A stretch of 64,000 nt of DNA from Malacoraja senta. Taxonomy: Eukaryota. The notes beneath the pieces are model-generated. The model had not been told where the DNA came from. It saw only the letters and a program-made list of their open reading frames with translations, and did not search any database. The stretch is from positions 10,852,001 to 10,916,000 of the forward strand of contig CM075994.1 of assembly GCA_038087875.1 (NCBI GenBank), written 5' to 3'. The position numbers were made by a program, and so were the translations under genes. Of this stretch, positions 1 through 12,282 are shown in pieces (positions within the stretch are counted from its first letter, which is position 1; every line of letters starts with the position of its first letter).

Positions 1-1064
1 GAGGTTCCAGCAGGGAGATTGTGATATTTCTCAGTTTGGCCAGCACAAGCCTTACAAGTGTCTTCATGACTACAGAGGTCAGTGCGACAGGCATGTAGTC
101 ATTAAGACAAGTATTAACCATCGTTTTACACCCCAGTCAGTCTCCTTTTAGGTCTGGTCCTTCTTCGCCCCGCTTCAGACTGTCTTCAACGCATTCTCTG
201 CGATCCCATTTACATTACGGTCTGTTTAATATCTCACTCACCCCACTGTAGTGTTTGAGGCCAGTCCACCTCAACGCTGAACACTAGCAGCGGAATTCAT
301 TAGCGTGCGCAGTGGACACTCGTGGTATTGCAGGGGGTTTAGCATCTGAAGGTTGCTTTTGAACCAGGAAGTGCCGGGAGTTAACATAGCTTCTGAACGC
401 CAGGCGGAGAGTTGGACTGAGGAGACACTTTGTCCCATCTGCCTGGATTTCTTCGCCGATCGGGTTATACTGGAGTGTGAGCGCAGCTTCTGCCGCTCCT
501 GCATCACACGGAGTTGGGACAGGGAGGGGAGAAACTCCTGCCCGGAATGTAGAGAGGAGTCTATCGGGCCTTGGTTAGACTGTCTGAGAAAGCTCGAGCA
601 CTGAGCCTGAACACGGAAGAGAAGGAAAGTAAACTTCACTGCGAGGATGATCATGAAGAACTGAAGCTGGTTTGTCCAGATGCGCGGGAACACAAGTCTC
701 ACAGCTTCATATCGATTAAAGAAGTTGTTAAAACTGCAAGGTAAAAGCAAACCGACTACGATCACTTGCTTGAATGTATAGTTGAATGTTTATTGTCTAA
801 CCCCCTTTCTCTCTGATTCCAGGTTCAAGTTAAATCATCCATACAATCTCTGTAATCAAAAAATCAGCCATCGAGGAAATGGAAGAGCAACAGAAGCAGA
901 AGATTTCTCAAGGCCGGGTGAGGCCTTGCTGTGCGGCATTTCTGAACGTGTTGTGTCATTTTGTATTTTGGTCAATGCACTACTGCGTAGCGTGGCAGCA
1001 GTTAGTTGTGCTGCTTCACCGTGGTACGCCCCTGAGCCTCTGGTACTCTCTGCGTGAAACCGCT

Positions 1065-2066
1065 ATGTTTTCGCTGTGACGAGGATGGGCTCCGCCCTCA
1101 TCTACATAACACGTCCATTTTATTCAGGGAACGGGGGTTCCCCTCCTCCACCATAGATGAGGCTCGCACCAGGGTCTCTGCCATACCCCGCAACACTGCT
1201 CTCTCTCCCCATCCCCCCACTCACAACAAGGGCAGAGTCCCCCTAGTCCTCACCTTTCACCCCACCAGCCGTCACATACAACAACTGATCCTCCGTCAGT
1301 TTCGCCACCTCCAACGTGACGCCACCACTCGCCACATCTTCCATCTCCCCCCATGTCTGCCTTCCGCAAAGACCGCTCCCTCCGTAACTCCCTTGTCAAT
1401 TCTTCCCTTCCCTCCCATACCACCCCCTCCCCTGGTACTTTCCCTTGCAACCGCAAGAGATGCAACACCTTTCCCTTCACCTCCCCCCTCCACTCCATTC
1501 AAGGACCCAAGCAGTCGTTCCAGGTGCGACAGAGGTTCACCTGCGTCTCCTCCAACCTCATCTATTGCATTCGCTGCTCTAGATGCCAGCTGATCTACAT
1601 CGGTGAGACCAAGCGGAGGCTTGGCGATCGTTTCGCCGAACACCTCCGGTCGGTCCGCAATAACCAACCTGAACTCCCGGTGGCTCAGCACTTCAACTCC
1701 CCCTCCCATTCCGTATCTGACCTCTCTGTCCTGGGTCTCCTCCATGGCCACAGCGAGCAACACCGTAAATTGGAGGAAATGCACCTCATATTCCGCTTGG
1801 GCAGTCTACGTCCTGGGGGTTTGAACATTGAATTCTCCCAATTCTGCTAGCCCTTGCTGTCCCCTCCCCTTCATCAGCCATCTGGTTGTCTCCTCCCCTC
1901 CCCCAGCCCTCGGGCTCCTCATCCGCCTTTTTCCTTTTTTCCTTTTTTCCTTTCTTCTCCCCACCACCTATCAGTCTGAAGAAGGGTTTCGGCCCGAATC
2001 GTTACCTATTTCCTTCGCTCCATAGATGCTGCTGCACCCGCTGAGTTTCTCCAGCATTTTTGTGTA
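1065..2066 (+). mobile_element. Penelope-like retroelement 3' fragment (RT C-terminal linker, GIY-YIG endonuclease, 3' UTR)
   Basis: ORF 1353-1850 has LIYCIRCSRC..IYIGETKRRLGDRFAEH..LNIEF. Upstream frame FRERGFP..RVPLVLTFHP is joined by a frameshift near 1350. The 3' UTR carries a CTGAAGAAGGG..CCCGAA core. Confidence 0.9.
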
Positions 2067-2080
2067 ACGTCCATTTTATT

Positions 2081-2250
2081 TGTGCAGGAATGAAATGCAG
2101 ATGCTGGTTTAAATCGAAGGGAGAACCAAAATGCTGGAGTAAGTCAGGCTGAAGAAGGGTCTCGACTCGAAACATCACCCATTCCTTCTCTCCAGAGATG
2201 CTGCCTGTCCCGCTGAGTTACTCCAGCATTTGTTGTCTGCGTCGATTTAA
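2081..2250. mobile_element. Short Penelope-derived element with inverted ends and a hammerhead-like core (2149-2176)
   Basis: TTAAATCGA..AAATGCTGGAGTAA is inverted to TTACTCCAGCATTT..TCGATTTAA. Core reads CTGAAGAAGGGTCTCGACTCGAAACATC. Confidence 0.7.
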
Positions 2251-2684
2251 TTGTCAGCTATAATTAACCCATTGAAGGCGGGATCTGGGTATCGGTTTTT
2301 CTTGCGTGTGGCGTGCACAACCTTAAGTTGTGGGTTCAACTTGTTCTATTTGATCTCTTTGTGTGTGCGTGCCTGGTTGATTGCATTAGTCGATACAGGG
2401 TGGACCACGTGAAGGTTGCAATCTCCCACCGGTGGGAGTTAATGTAAACGTGAGGACGAATATATTTCATGGAAAGGGGATTCGGACAATCTTCACCAAA
2501 TTCGACAGGAACAGTCACAAAGCCTTGATTGAATCTCACATCATATCTCAGTTTGCTGAACTCCACCAGATTCTCGAGGATTGGGTGTGGATGGAGAATG
2601 TATGTCCAGTTCTCCAAAACACAAATGGATTCCCCCAGCCAATCATGATTAACATCTTCTTGTGGGTTAACATATGGTAAACGA

Positions 2685-3110
2685 TTTTCGACACTGGGCC
2701 TATACTCACTGCAGTTTAGAAAAAATAGGGGTGGGGGGGAACCTCATTGAAACTTACTGAATAGTGAAAGGCTTGGATAGAGTGGAAGTGGAGAGGATGT
2801 TTCCACTAGCGAGAGAGTCTAGGACTAGATGTCATAGCCTCAGAATTAAAGGACGTTCCTTTAGGACGGAGATGAAGATGAATTTTAGTCGGGGTGGCGA
2901 ATCTGTGGATTTCTTTGCCAAAGAGGCCAGGTCAGTGGATATTTTTAAGGCAAAGATAGATTCTTGATTAGTAACGGTGTCAGAGGTTATGGGGAGAAGG
3001 CAGGAGAATGGAGTTAGCAGGTAGAGATAGATTCGCCATGATGAAACGGCGGTGTAGACTTGATGGGCCGAATTGCCTAATTCTGCTCCTCTTACTTATG
3101 TCCTTATGAC
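2685..3110 (+). mobile_element. CR1 LINE 3' fragment
   Basis: KGLDRVEVERMFPL..ESRTRCHSLRIKG motif; 3' UTR GGGCCGAATTGCCTAATTCTGCTCC. Confidence 0.85.
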
Positions 3111-3672
3111 ATTATTCAGCAGAAAATTCACAACACGTCCAGACTTTCCTGTACATTGCCTCCTTTGAGTTATAGCATCATTTTCACAAACATTTATCAT
3201 ACATCCTGTATTGGTTACATCACTGTGGTGTTCTCTGCGTGTCAAGAGGAGAAGGAGTCAGTAAATGGGAATTTGCAACTCTGTTAAATAACTTGGGTGA
3301 AATTGCTGTTCCCTCAGTCAATTTCTGCTTTATTTATTTCAGGAGGAAGCTGGTTGCAAGAGCAGGTAGGACATGCTCTTCAGTTAAACTCTCCATAGAT
3401 CTGTAAAGTAACATATTGTAAAAATGTCGACGCGCAGGTTATAACAGGCTGTTTAATTTCTGCAGGATTAGTGATGATACCCAGGTATTGTCACTGGCTG
3501 AAAGATTCGATCACATCTTCTGGTTGAACGCAGTGTTGGGAGAACCCAGTGTTGCGATTAACCAAGGTAAAACATTTGGATTCCTCACTTCTTATGTGGT
3601 TGACATATTTAAGTTGTAAATAGATGTAAAGATTGATCGTAACGATGATCTGAAGAGGAACTAAAGTTTTAT

Positions 3673-3872
3673 NNNNNNNNNNNNNNNNNNNNNNNNNNNN
3701 NNNNNNNNNNNNNNNNNNNNNNNNNNNNNNNNNNNNNNNNNNNNNNNNNNNNNNNNNNNNNNNNNNNNNNNNNNNNNNNNNNNNNNNNNNNNNNNNNNNN
3801 NNNNNNNNNNNNNNNNNNNNNNNNNNNNNNNNNNNNNNNNNNNNNNNNNNNNNNNNNNNNNNNNNNNNNNNN
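3673..3872. other. Assembly gap (N run)
   Basis: Run of N bases. Confidence 1.
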
Positions 3873-4149
3873 TTACATTGTTTAATTATAATGTTTTTTT
3901 CATTGTCTGTTGTCTCGTGTTTTTACCACGTGCGAGCAAAGCACCGTCAAATTCCTTGTATGTGTACATACTTGGCCGATAAATTGAGTGTGATTGTGAA
4001 ATTGATTCTGAACAAAGCACTGGTAACGCACAGTGACAGTGGTGAGGTACGTTTGCCTTCATCGGTCGGTCACTGAATACAAGAGTCAGATAGTCAAGAT
4101 GCAGCTCTATCAAACTCTGGAGAAACAAGGATCTGATGATGCTGGTTCC

Positions 4150-4415
4150 TGACAAAAGACAAAGTGCGAGAGTAACTCAGCAGGTCAGGCAGCATCTCTG
4201 GAGTTTCCCTCTCCCCTGACTCTCGGTCTGGGGAAGGGTCTTGACCTGAAACATCACCTATTCTTTTTCTCCAGAGATGCTGCCTGACCCACTGAGATAC
4301 TGCAGCATTTTGTGTCTATCTCCGGCGTAAACCAGCATCTGCAGTTCCTTCCTACACATGTCTGGAAAACATGGATATGTGATCTTTCAGGTCGGGACCT
4401 TTCTTCAAACTAATT
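4150..4415. mobile_element. Short Penelope-derived elements with inverted structure and degenerate hammerhead-like cores
   Basis: AGTAACTCAGCAGGTCAGGCAGCATCTCTGGAG is inverted to CTCCAGAGATGCTGCCTGACCCACTGAG. A second, minus-strand core lies at ~4375-4412. Confidence 0.65.
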
Positions 4416-4599
4416 GTGGCAGGTTGTGGTGGGGGCAGGACAAGAATGGTGAAGAGAAGAGAGGTGGGGGCAGGACAAAGCCCAGCAAGTGACAGGTGGA
4501 GGAAGGAACTGCGGGATGGGTGGGGGTTACAGGAGAGAAGAATCATCTAAAGAGAGCATGGCACGATCCAAGAGCGATCCAATGAGAAACTATTGGGGA

Positions 4600-5035
4600 A
4601 ACAGCGGTAGAGTTGCTGCCTTACAGCGCAAGAGACCCGGGTTCCATCTTGACTATGGGTGCAGTCTGTATGGACTTTGTACTTTCATGGTTTTTTTTCG
4701 GGTGTTCTGGTTTGCTCCCACACTCCAAACGCAGGATTGGGGACTTGGAAATATAGCGGAGTCAGGGGAAATGGGGAGAAGGCAGGAACGGGGTACCGAT
4801 TGTGAATGATCAGCCATGATCACAGTGAATGGCAGTGCTGGCTCGAAGGGCCGAATGGCCTACTCCTGCACCTATTGTCTATTGTTTATTGTCTATTGTA
4901 GGTTATTTGGCTTCAGCAAGTTGTAAAAAAAATTGTCCTTTGTGTGTGTAAGGTAGCGTACAGGATCATTGCTGGTCGGCACCAACTCGGTGGGACTAAC
5001 GGCCAGTTTCCGCGCTGTATCTCTAAAGTGTAAAA
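4600..5035 (+). mobile_element. HE1/V-SINE-like tRNA-derived SINE interrupted by a CR1 3' tail (~4735-4897)
   Basis: Head CAGCGGTAGAGTTGCTGCCTTACAGCG..GGTTCCATC. The inserted CR1 UTR ends in (CTATTGT)n, after which the SINE body resumes. Confidence 0.75.
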
Positions 5036-5139
5036 GTCATTGATTATCCTAGGGTAGAGGAGGGAGTGATCTAGTGACAAGACAGTATACTATCGTGAGA
5101 TGGGGGAAGGAGGATCCACACTCAATCCACAGCCATTTA

Positions 5140-5645
5140 TTTGGAGTCTTGCAAGCAGTTTTGGCCTCATGTCTAAGGAAGGATGTGCTGGCGGTAGAGA
5201 GGGTCCAGAGGAGGTTTACGAGAATGATACCAGGAATGTCTGGGTTAACATCTGATGAGCGTTTGACCGCACTGGGCCTGTACTCGCTGGAGTTTCGAAG
5301 GATGAGGAGGGACCTCATTGAAACTTACCAGATAGTGAAATGCCTGGGTAGAGTGAATGGCTGATCTATCTTTCCCTCTCAACCCCATTCTCCTGCCCTC
5401 CCCGCACCTTTTGCCGTCCTTACTAACCAAGAACCTGTCAATCTCTCCTTTATAAATAGCCACAGATTTGGCCTCCACAGCCTTCTGTGGCAATGAATTC
5501 CACACATTCACCACCCTCTGACTAATGAAATTCCTTCTCATCTCCTTTCCAAAGGTACGTCCTTTTATTCTGAGATAGATAGATCAGCCATGATTGAATG
5601 ACGGAGTAGACTTGATGGGCCGAATGGCCTAATTCTACTATTCCT
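5140..5645. mobile_element. CR1 LINE fragments in alternating orientations
   Basis: Plus strand LRKDVLAVERVQRRFTRMIPG (5140-5360), minus-strand 3' part (5360-5575), plus-strand tail (5575-5645). Confidence 0.8.
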
Positions 5646-5999
5646 TGTGACCTTACCCTTGACGGCCGCCAGTGTGGGCACCATCTTCTCCAAGTCGGTT
5701 TTGTTGACCTTGAACTCGCCACATTTCTCCTTGCGTGCGGGGCTATGGGCATCCTCGTCAGCGAGCACCTTGCCGGCAACCTCCCCCAGCTGCACCTTGA
5801 CACCCGCTCCATTACTCCGCAGCGAGACGATGGAAGTGGGGTCCACGCGCAGCGCTTTAACACAGAGCCTTTGGTGCTGGAGCCTCTCCTCTTCCTGTGG
5901 GGTATAAGCAAGGTCGTAGGGTCAGTTTAGTTTAATGTCATCTGTACCAAGGTACAGTGAAAAGCTTTTGATGCGAGCTAAGCAGTCAGAGGACAAAGG

Positions 6000-6200
6000 A
6001 ATATAGGAGGAAGAGGGGGGGGGGGGGGATGAGGAAAGGAAAAAAGGAGGGTTGATTGTAGGTTTATTGCCTAAAATTGGTGAATTCAATGTTCATACTG
6101 TTGGGTTGTAAGCAACCCAAACGGAATACAGGTGCTGTTCCTCCATGTTGCAGTAACTCATTCATTTCTCATTCTACAGGAGGTCAGGAATGGGATGAGG
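6000..6200 (-). mobile_element. Old Penelope-like GIY-YIG C-terminal fragment
   Basis: Reverse complement resembles EEQHLIFRLG..QP..MNIEF of the element at 1.8 kb. Confidence 0.55.
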
Positions 6201-6224
6201 ATTGTGCCACCAGATACGTCGGGG

Positions 6225-6540
6225 CGGGCAGCACGGTGGCACAACTGGTAGAGCTGTGACCTCACAGTGGCACAGATCCAGGTTTGATCCTGACCCTGGG
6301 TGTCACCCACGTGGGGTTTGCACCTTCTCCCTGTGACTGCGTGGGTTTCTTCTGGGTGCTCCGGTTTCTTCCCACATCCCAAAAACGACATCCGGTTTGG
6401 AGATCATTTGTCCTCTGTAAATTGCCCCAAGCGGGTCAGGAGTGGATGAGAAAGTAGGATAACATAGAACTAGTGCTAACATGTGGTCGATGATCAGCGT
6501 GGACTAGGTAGGCCTATGTTTCCATCAGTAAACAAAGCTA
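6225..6540 (+). mobile_element. HE1/V-SINE-like SINE
   Basis: A-box-like GGCAGCACGGTGGCACAACTGG, B-box-like GGTTTGATCC, V-domain GGTTTCTTCCCACATCCCAAA. Confidence 0.75.
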
Positions 6541-6549
6541 AGATCCCGT

Positions 6550-7770
6550 ATTAGAACACAGAACAGTACAGCACAGGAATGGGCCCTCCAGCCCACATTA
6601 TCTGTGCCAAACATGATTCCAAGTTAAACTGATCTCATCTCCCTGTACAAGATCCATATCGCTCTAGTCCCTGAACTTCCATGTGCCTATCCCAAAGCCT
6701 CTTAAACACCACTGTGGTATCTGCATCCACCACCATCTCTGGCAGTGCATTCCCCACCCCCACCCCTCTCTGTGTAAAAATCTTGCCTTGCACATTAAAC
6801 TTTCCTCCTCTCACAATATAGCTAGGCCCTCTAGTGTTGGACATTTCCGCCCTGGGAAAAAGCCTCTGATTACCTTATTTATGCCTCACATAACTTTATA
6901 TACTTCTATCCAGTCTTCCCTCAACCTCTGACGTTCCAGAAAAATAACCCAAGTTTATCCAACCTCCCCCTGTAGCTGAAACATTCTAATCCAGGGAGCA
7001 TTCTGGTAAACCTCCTCTGCACCCTCTCCAAAGCCTCCACATCTTTCCTGTAATGGGGCGACAAGAACTACACGTAATACTTCAAATGCAGTCTAACTAA
7101 AGCCCAATAGAGCTGCATCATGACTTGCTGACTCTTATAGTCAATACCCCATGGCACAGTAGACAAGCATACCATACGCTTAACCCATACTGGTTAACAT
7201 ATGATGCGCGTTTGACGGCACCAGGCCTGTACTCTCTAGAGTTTAGAAGAATCAGGGGGACCTCATTGAAACGTACCGAGTAGTGAAAGGCTTGGATGGA
7301 GTGGATGTGGAGAGGATGTTTCGACTACTGGGAGAGTGTTGGACTAAAGGCCATCGCCTCAGAATTAAAGGACATTCCTTTAGGAAGGACAGGAGGAGGA
7401 ATTTATTTAATCAGAGGGTGGTGATTCGGTGGAATTCTTTGCCACAGAAATTTGTGGAGGCCAAGTCAATGGATATTTTTATGGCAGAGATAGATGGATT
7501 GTTCATTGGTAGAGGTGTCGGGGGTTATTGGGAGAAGACTGGAGAATGGGGTTAGGAGAGTCATGCCATTAACTGTATACTCTCCCCTTACATTAAACCT
7601 TTCAAAGTGCATCATATCACACTCCATCTGCCGTTTCTCTGCCCCTTTCTGCAGTTGGTCTATTTTCTGCTATCTTCCGACAGCATTTCTTGCTGTCTGT
7701 AACTCCTAATTTTGGTGTCATTTGCAAACTTACTCCCCAACCCTTCTACATTTACGTCCAGGTCATATAT
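6550..7770. mobile_element. CR1 LINE fragments (minus 6550-7180, plus 7190-7560, minus 7560-7770)
   Basis: RT C-terminal motifs FTQRGVGVGNALP and KGLDGVDVERMF..WNSLPQ. Confidence 0.8.
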
Positions 7771-8019
7771 ATATATAATACATAATCTCTCCAACTGGCC
7801 CTAGCCCATTCCTGAATTTTAATCCCTGTGCAATTGACAATGCCTTTAGCAGTTATTTGGAACTTTCTCCATCTATGTGTCTCTCCTCCTCCACAACTAC
7901 AATGGGGAAAAACATTCGGAACATCTTCCCCATCTAGTTTAGTCTAGTTTCTTGTCACGTGTACCAAAAAGCTTTTGTTGTTGCGTGCTATCCATGATTA
8001 CAATCAAGCCTTCCACAGA

Positions 8020-8281
8020 GGAACTGCAGAGGCTGGTTTAAACCGAAGATGGATACAAAAAGCTGGAGTAACTCAGCGGGTCAGGAAGCATCAATCTGAA
8101 GAAGGGTCTTGACCCCAAACTTCACCTATTCCTTTTCTGATCTGAAGAGGGGTTTCTCCCTAAAACGTCAAGTATTCCTTTTCTCCAGGTCTGAAGAAGG
8201 GTCTTGACCCGAAATGTCACCTATTCCATTTCTCCAGAGATGCTGTCTAACCTGCTGAGTTCCTCTGGATTTCTGTGTCTA
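8020..8281 (+). mobile_element. Penelope-derived short element with three tandem hammerhead-like cores (8096, 8142, 8191)
   Basis: Three ~47-nt units of CTGAAGA-(A)GGG..CCC-(G)AAA-NNTC-ACCTATTCC between inverted GCTGGAGTAACTCAGC-type ends. Confidence 0.7.
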
Positions 8282-8870
8282 AGCCATCCACAGTGTACAG
8301 ATGCAGGATAAAGGGAATAATGTTTAGCATCAGATAAAGTCCAGTAAAGTCCAATTAAAGATAGTGCGAGGGTCTCCATTCTATGCCTCTCATCAACAGA
8401 TATACCTCTTTCAGATCACCCTCAGACACTCTTGCCTCCTTAAACCCCATTATAAGACATTCCTTGAAACCCACCATCTCCACCCAAGTTATAGGTCATC
8501 TCCAGAATCCCTGCGAAGGCAGTTCACATCAATTACTTTGATAATGTACCTGAATGCGGGAGATATTTTTAGTGCGTTAGAAGAACTACGTAAATAAAAC
8601 TTGTTACTGTTAGGGAAATGACTAGTGATATTGTGGAAGAAAACATTAATATCCTTTCTTACTTAATTTTGATTGGAATTGAACAAGGTAACGAAAGGGT
8701 GTTTGGATGTGACAATTGGCATCTCCCGTTGACCAGGTTGTCAGAGTTCAGATGCTGGATTGATATCTCAGTGGGGGAGTGTGATATTATCCCATAGAAT
8801 CACACCGGCTCTTCCACCTACATTGTCGTCAATGACCGTCAAGCACCCATCTTGTTATGTTCTATGTATA

Positions 8871-9171
8871 GGACAGCACGGTGGCGCAGCGGTAGAGTTG
8901 CGGCTTTACAGCGCCAGAGACCGCATTTCATCCTGACTACGGGCGCTGTCTGTACGGAGTTTGTACGTTCTCCCCGTGGGTTTTCTTTGAGAGCTGCGGT
9001 TTCCTCCCACACTCTAAAGATGTGCAGGATTATAGGCTAATGGGCTTGGTAGAATTGAAAGTTGTCCCTAATGTGTGTAGAGTAGATTAGTGTTGATGTG
9101 CAGGGATTGCTGGTCGGCCTGGACTCGGTGGGCCGAAGGGCCTGTTTCCACGCTGTATGTCCAAACTAAAC
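8871..9171 (+). mobile_element. HE1/V-SINE-like SINE
   Basis: Head GCACGGTGGCGCAGCGGTAGAG, core GAGTTTGTACGTTCTCCCCGTG, CR1-like tail GGGCCGAAGGGCCTGTTTCC..AAACTAAAC. Confidence 0.85.
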
Positions 9172-9367
9172 TGCAGATTCTAGTTTGTACCAAACATAAT
9201 CACAAAAAGCTGGAGTAACTCAGCGGGTCAGACAACATCTCTGGAGACTTTTCTGGTCGAGACCTTTCTTCAGACCAGCCGGGAAGGAACCAAAACGTCA
9301 CCTATTCCTTTTCTGCAGATATGATGCTTAACCCACTGAGTTACTCCAGCTTGCTGTGTCTATCTTT
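9172..9367. mobile_element. Short Penelope-derived inverted element
   Basis: AGCTGGAGTAACTCAGCGGGT is inverted to ACCCACTGAGTTACTCCAGCT; partial cores on both strands. Confidence 0.65.
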
Positions 9368-9509
9368 GTTGCTATGTATTATGTTATCTTGAACCAATTC
9401 TGCACAAATCCGATTTCATTGCAGCCTACAGCTTTAAGTCCCACCGATATGCCTTGGTGCCTCAGGTAACATTCTCTCACGGTCAAAGAGGCGGAGTTCT
9501 TTTAAGCTT

Positions 9510-9817
9510 GGCACGGTGGAGCAGCGGTAGAATTGCTGCCTTACAGCTTGCAGCGCCGGAGACCCGGCTTTGATCCTGACTACAAGTGCTGTCTGTATGG
9601 AGTTTTTACGTTCTCCCCACGACCTGCATGGGTTTTCTCCGAGATCTTCGGTTTCCTTACACTCTAAAGATGTACAGATATGTAGGATAATTGGGTTAGT
9701 GTATGTGTGAATTGTCCCTAGTGTGTGTAGGATAGTGTTAACGTGTGGGGATCGCTGGTCGGCGTGGACTCGGTGGGCCAAAGGGCCTGTTTCTGCACTG
9801 TATCTCTGAAGTGAAAT
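9510..9817 (+). mobile_element. HE1/V-SINE-like SINE
   Basis: Same head, core and tail as the copy at 8871. Confidence 0.85.
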
Positions 9818-10123
9818 ATTCAATAGCCCAGCGTCTACAGAAGTAGTATAATGCTCTCTGAAAATGTGTAGAGGTGGGACCACACACACACACGACAATC
9901 TGAAGCAGCGGCAGATACAAAAACTCCACCTGGCTAGTGTGTGTGTTCTGTTTTTACCTGCGGCACTGTGTGGTTATGCGATTCATTCATCTCTTTCACC
10001 ACAAACTTGTCTCCATCTGCAGAAAGATGGACTTTAATCATACACGGACACTTCATCTTGTTGGTTCTGAAAAAGACAGTGGGAGGTAGTGTGTAAGCAG
10101 CAGTCGATAGACACAAAATGCTG

Positions 10124-11780
10124 GATCTGTCTTCACTAAGGAAAACACGAACAATCTCCCAGATCTACTGGAGGACAGAGGATCTAAGGGAGTCGAGGAA
10201 CTGAAAGAAATTTTCATTAGGCGAGAAATAGTATTGGGTAGGCTAATGGGACTGAAGGATGATAAATCCCCTGGGCCAGATGGTCTGCATCCCAGGGTCC
10301 TCAGGGAGGTGGCTCTAGAAATAATGGACGCATTGGTGATCATTTTCCAATGTTCAATAGATTCAGGATCAGTTCCTGTGGATTGGAGGATAGCTAATGT
10401 TATCCCACTTTTCAAGAAAGGAGCGAGAGAGAAAACGGGGAATTACAGACCAGTTAGCCTGACTTCGGTGGTGGGAAAGATGCTGTAGTCAATTATTAAG
10501 GAGGTAATAATGGGGCATTTGGATAGCAGTAAAATGATTAGTCGAAGTCAACATGGATTTATGAAAGGGAAATCATGCTTGACTAATCTTCTGTAATTTT
10601 TTGAGGATGTGACAAGTAAAATGGGTGATGGGGTGCGAGTGGATGTAGTGTATCTAGACTTTCAGAAAGCCTTTGATAAGGTCCCACACGGGAGACTTGT
10701 GACTAAAATTAGAGCAGATGGTATTGGGGGTAGGGTGTTGACATGGATAGAAAATTGGTTGGCAGATCAGAATGGCAGGCAGTGGCGAGTGGAGTGCCGC
10801 AAGGCTCGGTGTTGGGGCCGCAACTGTTTACCATATATATTAATGATTTGAAAGAGGGAATTAGGAGCAACACTAGCAAGTTTGCGGACGACACAAAACT
10901 GGGTGGCAGTGTGAGCTGTGAAGAGGATGTTAGGAGGTTGCAGGGTGACCTGGACAGGTTGAGTGAGTGGGCAGATGCATGGCAGATGCAGTATAATATA
11001 GATAAATGTGAGGTTATCTACTTTGGCAGCAAAAACAAGGGGGCAGATTATTATCTCAATGGGGTTGGGTTAGGTAAGGGGGAGGTGCAGCGAGACCTGG
11101 GCGTCCTTGTACACCGGCCACTGAAAGTTGGCTTACAGGTACAGCAGGCAGTGAAGAAAGCTAATGGAATGTTGGCCTTCATAACAAGAGGATTTCAGTA
11201 TAGGATTAAAGAGGTTCTTCTGCAGTTGTATAGGGCTCTGGTGAGACCACATCTGGAGTATTGTGTACAGTTTTGGTCTAATTTGAGGAAGGCCATCCTT
11301 GTGATTGAGGCAGTGCAGCGTAGGTTCACGAGATTGATCCCTGGGATGGCGGGACTGTCATATGAGGTAAGATTGAAAAGACTAGGCTTGTGGTCACTGG
11401 AGTTTAGAAGGATGAGGGGGCATCTTATAGAAACATATAAAATTATAAAAGGACTGGACAAGTTAGATGCAGGAAAAATGTTCCCAATGTTGGGTGAGTC
11501 CAGAACCAGGGGCCACACTCTTAGAATAAAGGGGAGGCCATTAAAGACAGAGGTGAGAAAAAATTGTGAATTTATGGAATCCCTGCCACAGAGGGCAGTG
11601 GAGGCCAGGTCACTGGATGGATTTAAGATAGAGTTAGATATAGCTCTAGGGGCTAGTGGAATCAAGGGATATGGGGAGAAGGCAGGCACGGTTTATTGAT
11701 AGGGACGATCAGCCATGATCACAATGAATGGCGGTGCTGGCTCGAAGGGCTGAATGGCCTCCTGCACCTATGTTTCTATG
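10124..11780 (+). mobile_element. CR1 LINE, 5'-truncated, RT domain with stops and a deletion; inserted in a short Penelope-derived element
   Basis: KSPGPDGLHPRVL, NYRPVSLTS, YLDFQKAFDKVPH, GVPQGSVLGP, KFADDTK and a (TATGTTTC) tail. The host element is split into AAAATGCTGGA (~10125) and TAACTCAGC..CCCTTCTTCAG (11782-11852). Confidence 0.92.
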
Positions 11781-12282
11781 TTAACTCAGCGGTCCGGCAC
11801 CATCTCTGGAGAAAAGGAATAGGTGACGCTTCAGATCGAGACCCTTCTTCAGTTTTGCTCAGTTTAGTTTATTGTCACCGAGTTACAGTGAAAAGCTTTT
11901 GTTGCATACTAACCAGTTAGTGGGAATACATGATTACAATTGAGCATTTACAGTGTATAGATACATGATAAGGGAATAACAAAGATAGTCCGAGGGTCAC
12001 CAATGAGGAAGATGGCAGTTCAGGACTGCTCTCTAGTTGTGGTAGGATGATTCAGACCAGCAGTGTATAGCTATCTTTTACAATCATCACAGAATCCAAC
12101 AGAAATATTAGATTTACATTGGCCATCAAGCAGTGTAAGTGGGAAGACAAGATGATGTGCTGAATGAATGCCCTTTGACTGATAATAAACTCCTTCACAA
12201 ACTGGGGGGGACTTGAAGCAACAGCTGCAATAAAATGTGATTCATGCAGAATTGGTGTAAGATAACATAGTACATAACAAAG

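Larger units (their letters stand above)
386..3566 (+). pseudogene. TRIM-family (RING/B-box/coiled-coil) pseudogene; exon remnants ~386-740, 823-917, 2509-~2575, 3343-3365, 3466-3566
   Basis: RING CPIC..CERSFCRSC..CPEC has the conserved His replaced, and the start reads ATA at 386. Degenerate B-box KLHCEDDHEELKLVC..EHKSHSF. GT donors at 741, 918, 3366, 3567; AG acceptors at 821, 2507, 3341, 3464. Exon sizes of 95 and 23 nt resemble the usual TRIM 96/23 pattern. In-frame stops in exons 2 and 3. Confidence 0.8.

Noticed and set aside
8871..8945. tRNA-like A/B boxes here and in other SINE heads
   Set aside because: They continue into the V-SINE core and CR1-like tail and give no intact cloverleaf, so they are not tRNA genes.
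10743..11699. 318-aa RT ORF as an active gene
   Set aside because: It is a 5'-truncated CR1 with upstream stops and internal deletions.
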